Shown here one piece after another: positions 55,186-64,000 of a stretch of DNA of 64,000 bases. Position 1 is the first letter of the stretch. The number at the start of each line of letters is the position of its first letter. Source of the stretch: the human T2T-CHM13v2.0 reference genome, Homo sapiens. Location of the stretch: NCBI RefSeq assembly GCF_009914755.1, contig NC_060929.1; one strand, written 5' to 3'. The notes beneath the pieces are model-generated. The model was given only the letters and a program-made list of their open reading frames with translations, did not search any database and was not told where the DNA came from. Position numbers and translations under genes: made by a program.

Positions 55186-57229
55186 GAAAATTCCTAATGT
55201 AAGATAAATCTCTTACATTAGGATCTCTTACATTATTAATCAAGGATAGTCTAAGATAAAAAATGAAAGAAAGGTAATTTAAAGGTTATATCAAAGAGTC
55301 ATATGGTGAGATTGAATTGAGAGGGAATAAAGAAAAAGGGAGATTCATGTTAAGATATTTGTTGAATGTATATATGTATTGTGGATGGTTTTCTATTACA
55401 TGTAAATTCTTCCAAGAATCCTCATGGTCTATCTTACACAAATTTTTATCAATACTATTTTTCCTCATTTACTTCCCATTATCTGAAACTATATTATTTA
55501 TTCATCAATATCTCCCCATTCTAAAGCACACTCCAAGACATTAAGAACTTTGACTCTTCTATTTTTGTGTCTCCAGCACCCATAGCAATTTGTGGTACAT
55601 AGAACATAATCGATACTTCTTGAATGACTGAATAAACTGAAGTATTCACAGACTTGGATAGAACTTGCAAGTTCTCAGTGGTCTTGGGAGTTGCAGAATA
55701 ATTCAAGTTACCTCTTGGCTTTTAAGATATATACGAATAAACACAGAGAACAAAGAAAATTAGCTTTTCAAAGCGAAAATGGAAGGTTAATTGTGCCTGT
55801 CCAAGAAGATCAAGAGAATACCACAGAGAACAACTTTCCTAAAAGGGTCCTTTGCCATAAAAACCAGGAATAATTTCAAAACAACCTGAGTGGATACATC
55901 TCAAGCACAGAAGAAAAAGAGCCACAAAGTCCAGCTTAAAGGGATGTCAATTGCTGACCCAATGACCCTAAAGTTTTAGCATTTCTTAAGTATTCTCTGG
56001 CTTCTACACAACTTTGTTTATGCATGTTCTGAATATTCATACCTTAGTTTATAGATGTCAAAGTTGACCGTACGCTTGGCTAAATTGTAGAGTAAGAGGG
56101 GTTAGTGGGAAGGCTGAGAAAACAAGGCTACAGATGCAAGAAATTTCCAAATGCTAAGCATTTTAATAGTTGTCTCAGTCCATTCAGGTTGCCATAACAC
56201 AATGCTTTAGACTGAGTGGCTTGCAAACAACAGAAAATGACTTGTCATAGTTCTAGAGGCTGGGAAGATAGCTGATGCTACAAAAGGATATCACTAATTT
56301 GGAGTTGCTAAGAGACATGCACCTTTTTTTCCAGATGATGCACACATGCCCTCCACATCACTGAATTCAATGATCTTATATTATATGTGAAATGCTTTAT
56401 AAGAAGACAGATTATGATTAAAGAAATATATTGTAAATTCTAGAGCAACCACAGCACAACTATAATAACCGCCATAATTACAATAATAATAAATAATAAT
56501 TACAATAATAACAAATTACAATTGCTGACACACCAATAGTGGAAATAAAATGGAGTCCAAACCATGGCAGGAAGGCTTAATTAATCTAAACAGAGGCAGG
56601 GAAGAAACAAAAGATAGATGGGAAAAATTAAAATAGCTAAATAAGTAGAGATAGGAACAAGCAAGTTAGACGTGATTATCAAAAATCTAGTGGGTACATA
56701 TAAACCTGGGTTAATGGAGGAATATGATATATTTCCTCCAAAAGGAAAGCTGTGAAGTTTATGAACAAATACCACTCTTTGTTATCAGCTTATTTCAGAA
56801 TTTTAGCTACTGTCTTTGGATGCAAATCTTGAAAACAAAAAGGGATGATGAAGGATGATAGAAAGGTAAGAAGGACTCTGATATTCAGTAAATTTCTGAG
56901 TTTTATCTCCAACACAAAACAATAAAAAACCCATTGAAAGAATGAAGTATGAACAAGTAAATTAACAAATTTTAGCCAAATTCACACTGCAAAGATTTTT
57001 ATCTTTCTGTTTGGAAAATTAACTTGGCAATGTGTGAGTCAATCTCATCTCCCAAAAATGTTTTCAATAGTCCATGAAGTTTTGATCATCTGGTTTAAAA
57101 TTCTGAATATAAACTATGTAAAACCCACATTTTAGTAGGCACAAAAAAAAAACCGAAACATTTTGCAAATATCTGGTGTTCATATTCACTTGATGTTTTA
57201 CTTGTTTGAACATTCACCATCCTCTTCGT

Positions 57230-57520
57230 CTTCATCATCATCATTGTATCTGACATTTATATAGTGCTAACAATGTGTCAGGTATATATAGAAACTGCAT
57301 TTTTTCAAGTTGACTATACCAGTGAGAAGAAATTGTGCATTTTTAACATTAAATTTTTCTCATGAGAATTTCAATAGTTAGATACTATTATTATACATAC
57401 ATTACAAATGAAGAGATTGAGGAACAGCAAGGTTAAGAAAATTATTGAATAAATGATGGAGCTTGACCTGAATCCAATCAATCTGGCTCCAAGGACTATG
57501 CTTCAACTACTCTCCTATGC
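57230..57520 (-). mobile_element. MIR (degenerate, interrupted)
   Basis: catttatatagtgctaacaatgtgtcagg and acaaatgaagagattgagg..ggttaag..tctggctcca. Confidence 0.55.
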
Positions 57521-59408
57521 TCTGTATACATAGATCACACTGTATGGACTAATCTCTAATCTATAATTTGTCATTTATTTGATTTTAGAAAGTCCTACTT
57601 CTCTCTGACCTGTTGCTAACTTCCCCAAAATAGCTCCTGGATGTATTCAAATATTTGCCATTATGCGTATCTTTAAACAAGCCCATTATGCATCAAGAGG
57701 TCTGCTCATTTATTAGCTTCACACTTTGATGATATCAAAAGTCAACGCCTCCAGAAGCATCCAGCTGCACCCTGCTATTAATTTACTGAAAAAGGACAAA
57801 GGCACTTTGCAAGACAAATAAATTTTAAGGTTATATGTATCATAATCAACAATGCTTCTGAATCTAAGGATTTCCCCTGGAGAGTTATTTACATATATCT
57901 TGGCCCTGGTGCCAATGCAATGATAAGCAGTTTGGAAATTTAAGAAAGGAAATGGAAAATTACTAGTTGTTGGTGAGGGTTAAAATAAATTTGAGATTTT
58001 AATTTGAAGAGTTTCATATATATCTTACAAATTTATGGTGTAAGCAGTTAAGGAACAACATATATTCAATGGTGTAAATATAATACAATGTTTTTAACAC
58101 AGAAACCATGAATAACTTATTTCTAACATTTTTTATTAAAGCAGATAGGAGAGAGAAGTTTCATTTCATAGATCATTTCCCTGTATTTTACTGAACTTAA
58201 AATTGAATTACAGCAGTTCACTTTGTTCCAGACTCACCTTGAACACCATTCAAAGCTTTGCAAGTTAAGCAAGTTAAGTGTGAGGACATGTTCATATGAT
58301 TTGGGGAACAGCCAGTCATTCACACTGTTCACTGTCATTCAACTTGGTTAGTTCACAATAATTTTCATCGTTGACACTAAGGAATGATAGACAGAACTAA
58401 AGGCTGGGCCTGCGGAGGAAACAGGCTTTTATGTCACCAGGTTCTAAAGTGGATTCTCAGAAATGCGCTGAGTTATTTGTTTGTATCACCACTGTTACTT
58501 TTGTCTGAGAAGGAGGTAGGTACAAAGCCAGAGTCTTCAGAATAATCAGGCACGAAGTGGGGAGGATACAAAACTCTCACAATCAGAGGAGGAGAGCTTT
58601 TCCTCTCTAGTGGATCCTCACTGAGGGTGGCTGAGTCTATCCACATCTGACAGTTCCAACAGTTCCAATAAGGAACTAGGGAAATCTGAGGAGTATGTGT
58701 TTCACTATTACTTGGTTTATGTAATATTCTCACTAAATTTGCATAACATTTTCTACTAAAGATAACGTGTCTGCTGGTTTTGTTTGTATTGCTTCATTGT
58801 CCCACTGTAAAAATACGCATTGTGAAAAACATTTAATTGTTACTGTAAGACAGCATACATGCTATGTTCTGTTATCGGAAATCAGAATTCAGTATGTGTT
58901 AGTTCTTTTCTATATGTGGCAAATGTACATGTTAACTGGAACTGTGTTAGACAGAATATTTACTCCAGAAAATTAAGAAATCCTGTCCATGTTTTCCAGA
59001 TATGAATATTGGTGGCAGAAAGAAACCTGTAAATTAAATGGCACCGAGAGACTTTAAAGTTTAATGCTCTAAAATTAAGATTGGATGCATGTGACTTGTT
59101 AAGTATTTGTATGAAATTACTGTTTTGAAATGAAAGTAAATTAGACTGTTATTAACATTTAAAAATAACAGATGGATCATCATTTTTTAAACGGCATGTT
59201 AAATTATAAAACTATACTTTAATGTTCTTTAATGCTCATCAACATATTTACTTAGTTAATGTGAAATATATATCACTAAAGACGTTTTAACTATTCTGAG
59301 ATGACGGAATGACTTTATAAGTTAAAAGAGAAAATATAGCTACATTTAATTGCTTATTTAATTGTTGCTAAATTTAAAAAATCATACCATATGAAAAACA
59401 GTGTGAAA

Positions 59409-59845
59409 ATGTCAACTTAAAGGCAAAAGCTGAGGCAAAATTAATATAGAGACTTTATTTGGGCCAAGATTAAGGACAACAACCTGGGACACTTTCAGCA
59501 GCCTGGAGTCCAGGTTGCCTTGAGCAGGGCTCTGGAGTACAAAGGAGAGGCTCAAGTTTGTAAAGAACAAAGAATGAATCAGGAGAGGGGGTGATTACAA
59601 AATTGCTAATCAGGAATTCTCACTGGTTTACAGAAGTAATATTGATTAGTGATTGTCTATACATTGCTGAACCATAGGCGTACGGCATTTTATGGCTACT
59701 TAGCATTAGTCTAGATCCCACATAGGAAGAGGCTTCAAGAGGTAATTGTTTATCTCAAGGGGGAGTGAGATATGACTGCTTTCACATTCGTAACACCTCT
59801 CTGATAATTTAAAGAGGTTTTCATTCCTCAGATAAAGGTTTGGGT
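59409..59845 (-). mobile_element. MER4-group ERV1 LTR
   Basis: agctgaggcaaaattaatatagagactttatttgggccaag..ttgattagtgattgtctatac..cattcctcagataaa. Subfamily not resolved. Confidence 0.55.
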
Positions 59846-59920
59846 CTTTTTTTTTCCTTTTTCGATATGATAACTAAAAGCACAGAAATTGAGATTGGAC
59901 TCTTGTCACAAGCTAGTGGC

Positions 59921-60323
59921 TGTCTTAGCCCCTTTGTGCCAGTGTAACAAAGTACAACAGGATGGGTAATTTATAAACAACAGAAATTTGTTTCTCACAG
60001 TTCTGGAGGCTGGGAAGTCCAATGTCCAACCACCGACAGGTTCAGTGTCTGGTGAGGGCCCTGTCTCTCTGCTTCCAAGATAGCATTTTGTTCATGTGTC
60101 CTCCAGAGGGGACAAACAAACATTGTATCTTCATGTGGTAGAAGAGACAGAAAAGGCAAAAGGCCAAATGCTCTATGAAGCCTTTATCATGAAGGACTTA
60201 ACTCATTCAAAGGAGAGAAGTTCTAACGACCCAATCACCTCTTAAAGTTCCTCTCTTGAAACTATTGCATTGGAGATTAAGTTTAAATACATGAAATTTT
60301 GGGGACACATTCAGACTACAGCA
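59921..60323 (-). mobile_element. MST (MSTC/D-like) solo LTR
   Basis: tgtcttag..ataaacaacagaaattt..ttctggaggctgggaagtcc..gacacattcagactacagca. Confidence 0.85.
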
Positions 60324-61199
60324 GTGAATTTGTTAACTTTAGCAAATGGCTTAAAATACTTGCGGTTCAATTTTTGCATCAACAAAATGGGCTTATTAAC
60401 ATATATTAAAACAGTGTTAATAAAGATTGAGTCATTATATGGAAGATAATTAACACAGTACCTAAAATATATTGTGTAATAACATAATTTATTAATATCA
60501 TTATTATTATAAAAATATCAAACATATTTACATACTGTTTTATGTTAAAGTAATTATTCTTAATGTTAATCTATTATGTTACTATTAGCTCTATTTTCTT
60601 TACATAATTTCCTGAAATTCAATGGTATATGAAGAGTTTTAAAAATTACCTAAATACAAGAATGAAAGTTTCAGAAACATCATAAAAATAACAGGCAATA
60701 CATAATTTTTCTAATTATGTGAAAGCACAGTTATACAAGCACACTGAGTTACAAAAAATTTTAAAGTATTGCATTTTATTATTCTAAAAATAAACTAACC
60801 CAAATAGTATTCATTTTGAGCCTAACAAGTCCATTCTTTCCAGTAATCATTCATATTTATTATTTCCCAACACTTTAAAAGATATAGGCTTATGGCTGGT
60901 GCTGCATATTTGTTTCCCAAAGCCATAAAACTTAGATGAGGTCACTTTCAATTTTCATAAAATATGCCATCTAGACATTGGTTTGTATAAATATTATATT
61001 TTCCCAGAAGTTTGACAATTCTCTTTTTTAAAAAAATCAAAATAGCTTTCTTTTTGTAATAAATATAATTTCCATTATTTTAGAAACTGAAACAATAGAA
61101 AATTAAAATAAAATTATAATTAGTCAATATATCAACCCACCACCCAGAATGCTTGCTGTCATCTTGGTGGAAGTATTTTCTTTGGTCCTTTTTAGGTGA

Positions 61200-61450
61200 A
61201 GGGGGAAGATTCTGGAGTCAGATTGCTTGGGTTAAAAACCTGGGTCCTCCATTTATTAATGTGTGAATTTGGACAAGTTATCTATAAGCCTTAGTCTCAT
61301 CATCTGTAAAATGGGCATAATCTTTTCAGAAGCCTCATAAGGTTGATGTGAGAACAAGCAAAATAATTTACATAAAAGTGCTTGGCGCATTTCTTGGCAT
61401 GGAATTAATGCTCAATAAATGTTTTCTATTATTTTTTATTACTATTGTCA
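61200..61450 (+). mobile_element. MIR
   Basis: tctggagtcaga..ttggacaagtta..gccttagtctcatcatctgtaaaatggg..gctcaataaatg. Confidence 0.8.
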
Positions 61451-62611
61451 ACAACCTCAATAGAATTAGACTTTTCTTTCTCTGCTTTATATCATATTGC
61501 AGGCATAGTTCCCTAATAGTGACACTTTTTCAAATTTATATTAATTGATGCATACAATTTCCTTCTAAACAGACCAGCTCTGCTTTCTGTGAGGAAACCT
61601 TGCAATTCCTGCTGCCCTAAACCTCTCCTCTCTCCAGAAGGCCACAGAATGGCCTCATATGGTCCCTGTAAAATTCCCACCTTTGGTCAGTTTTATAGAT
61701 TAGGCCAGCCTCTTTGATCATTTCAGATCCTTTTGAATTCAGGCTAAACCTCTGTTCATGTGCCCATTTTCCTCTTTTCCTCATGAATCTTCAGGCTCAG
61801 TGATATTTGTTTAAAGTAACTCAATATTTACTTTATTTCTTTCAGCCTGAAAGAGACTGAAACATATTCCAAATGAGGATATACTAATTGCCTTTCATCT
61901 TTTTGTTATTGTCAGACAGTATATTGGGAAATTTTCCATTTTTCTTTAATATAATTGGTCTGTCATGAACATGGTCAATGAGGTCTATTTCAAAGGAGAT
62001 TCCTAGATGTGAAATAAATAGAAAGCCCTTGCTATACAGTAAAATTGATTTCTAAAAATCTAATGTAACAATGTTTACTCACACAAAAACAACCTATCAG
62101 AAAATCTCAGTGTTTCCTCAAAGATAACGAATATTACCTTTTTAAATACGCCATTGTAATGGGAAGCATGACATCTCATTTCGTCTGATTTTAGCTTATT
62201 TTTCTCTTCATTATTTATACATTGTTTACACACATAAGTTTTTTCTTTATTCTAATAACACAGAATACTAATATTATTAAATAATTTGAATTTTATTTTC
62301 ACTTAGCAAATTTGATTTGTTTTCCAAGCCAATAACTATACTTTCATTAGGTTATTTTAGCAAAAAAATAGTATTTCATTTTAATTTTATTCCATAAGTT
62401 TTATAAAAAATTGTTATGATCCCTATTAAGGATTTAAGGTTTTTTCAACTTGTGGCTATTTAAACATCATCATCAGGGTCATTCTTGATGCGAATTTTTT
62501 TTTTGCCAAAATGAACTGTAAGAAAAAATGTAAAATATAATAAAAAAGTAAAAAAGATATGTAAGTTTATAAAGAAACACTGAATTACCCTTAGGAAAAA
62601 ATGCCCCAACA

Positions 62612-62935
62612 AATGATGAGTTCATGTCCTTTGTAGGGACATGGATGAAGCTGGAAACCATCATTCTCAGCAAACTATCGCAAGGACAAAAAACCAAACA
62701 CTGCATGTTCTCACTCATAGGTGGGAATTGAACAATGAGAACACTTGGGAACATCACACACCGGGGCCTGTTGTGGGGTGGGGGCTGGGGGAGGGATAGC
62801 ATTAGGAGATACACCTAATGTAAATGACGGGTTAATGGGTGCAGCACACCAACATGGCACATGTATACATATGTAACAAACCTGCACGTGTGCACATGTA
62901 CCCTAGAACTTAAAGTATAATTAAAAAAATAAAAC
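62612..62935 (+). mobile_element. 5'-truncated young L1PA (L1PA3/4-like) 3' end
   Basis: aatgatgagttcatgtcctttgtagggac..taccctagaacttaaagtataa followed by an A tail. TSD AAAATGCC[C/T]CAACA. Confidence 0.92.
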
Positions 62936-63224
62936 AAAATGCCTCAACATACTCTCTCAATGTTCTCTGGACAATCAGTTTTTATCTCGACAATCACAGT
63001 GGCATATGATTTCCATTTTATTTTTGAAATATGTTAAATGCTGGTTGAATTGAATATTTCTGCATTTAGTGGCATGAAACTCTAAAAAACATATAGGGAC
63101 AATTAAAATTTTTTCAGTTGACTTTCTATTCCTGTGTTTTGCTGGGTTTTGCTGTTGTTATCCTTCCAGAATCCCACCTTTGTTAGAATAATGAACTTTT
63201 AATTTTTAAATTATTTGTGTGTGT

Positions 63225-63345
63225 TTTTTTTTATTTTTATGTTTTCTACTTTTTAGAGAGAAAGTCTTGCTCTGTCTCCCAGGCTGGAGCGGAGTGTAGT
63301 GGTGCAATCACAGCTCACTGCAGCCTCAAACTCCTGGCCTCTAGT
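63225..63345 (-). mobile_element. AluJ fragment
   Basis: gtcttgctctgtctcccaggctggag..gctcactgcagcctcaaactcctgg. Confidence 0.8.
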
Positions 63346-63480
63346 GTGTCCTCATGTGTGTTCTTTAGATGTTACAAACATTAATGTTTCTTCTATCATT
63401 TTTGTTACATATATTCACAGCTTATAATTTGCCTTTCAACGATGTCTTATCTTTGGTATAAAGTTAAAAAACAGGTAGTC

Positions 63481-63776
<296 letters not shown>

Positions 63777-64000
63777 GGTAGTCAAATCACGTTTTATATA
63801 TGTATATTTATTTATTTAAACTTGAGTTACTTCCTGCATAGAGATTACGTTATTTGTTAAATATTAGCCCAGATATTTTTCTATTAAAAGCTTATTGACT
63901 TGATGTAATTTAACACTACTAGTGAAAAATTATGTTGCCATCACTTACTCCCAATATGATATGTGGAGAAGGGCACTCCATCCACTATTGTGATATTCTT

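Overview
Human (primate) genomic DNA, not prokaryotic. The only protein-coding sequence I can support is the first coding exon of C1QTNF3 (CTRP3/cartonectin, 5p13.2) on the minus strand. Its ATG is at 3050, it has a TATA promoter, and two in-frame alternative splice donors at 2967 and 2748. The remaining ~61 kb is upstream non-coding sequence rich in Alu, L1, L2, MIR, MaLR/ERV LTRs and DNA transposons. Repeat family and subfamily names come from recalled consensus sequences, not a database search. The other ORFs in the supplied track look like chance or repeat-derived frames. The most notable observations are: (1) a HERV-W (LTR17/HERV17) element that starts at the R region next to an L1 endonuclease site, consistent with a processed pseudogene, carrying a tRNA-Ile-like primer binding site; (2) its abrupt fusion to a THE1 internal sequence at ~22124, starting a mosaic of truncated elements that precedes a shift to AT-rich sequence, probably a rearrangement or segmental-duplication boundary; (3) a ~200 bp inverted duplication at 8.4-9.3 kb; (4) a 121-nt near-perfect hairpin at 55.0 kb with neighbouring templated duplications; (5) two 5'-inverted (twin-primed) L1s; and (6) a cluster of five AP-1 sites upstream of the C1QTNF3 promoter. 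I found no evidence of a wholly new biological system.
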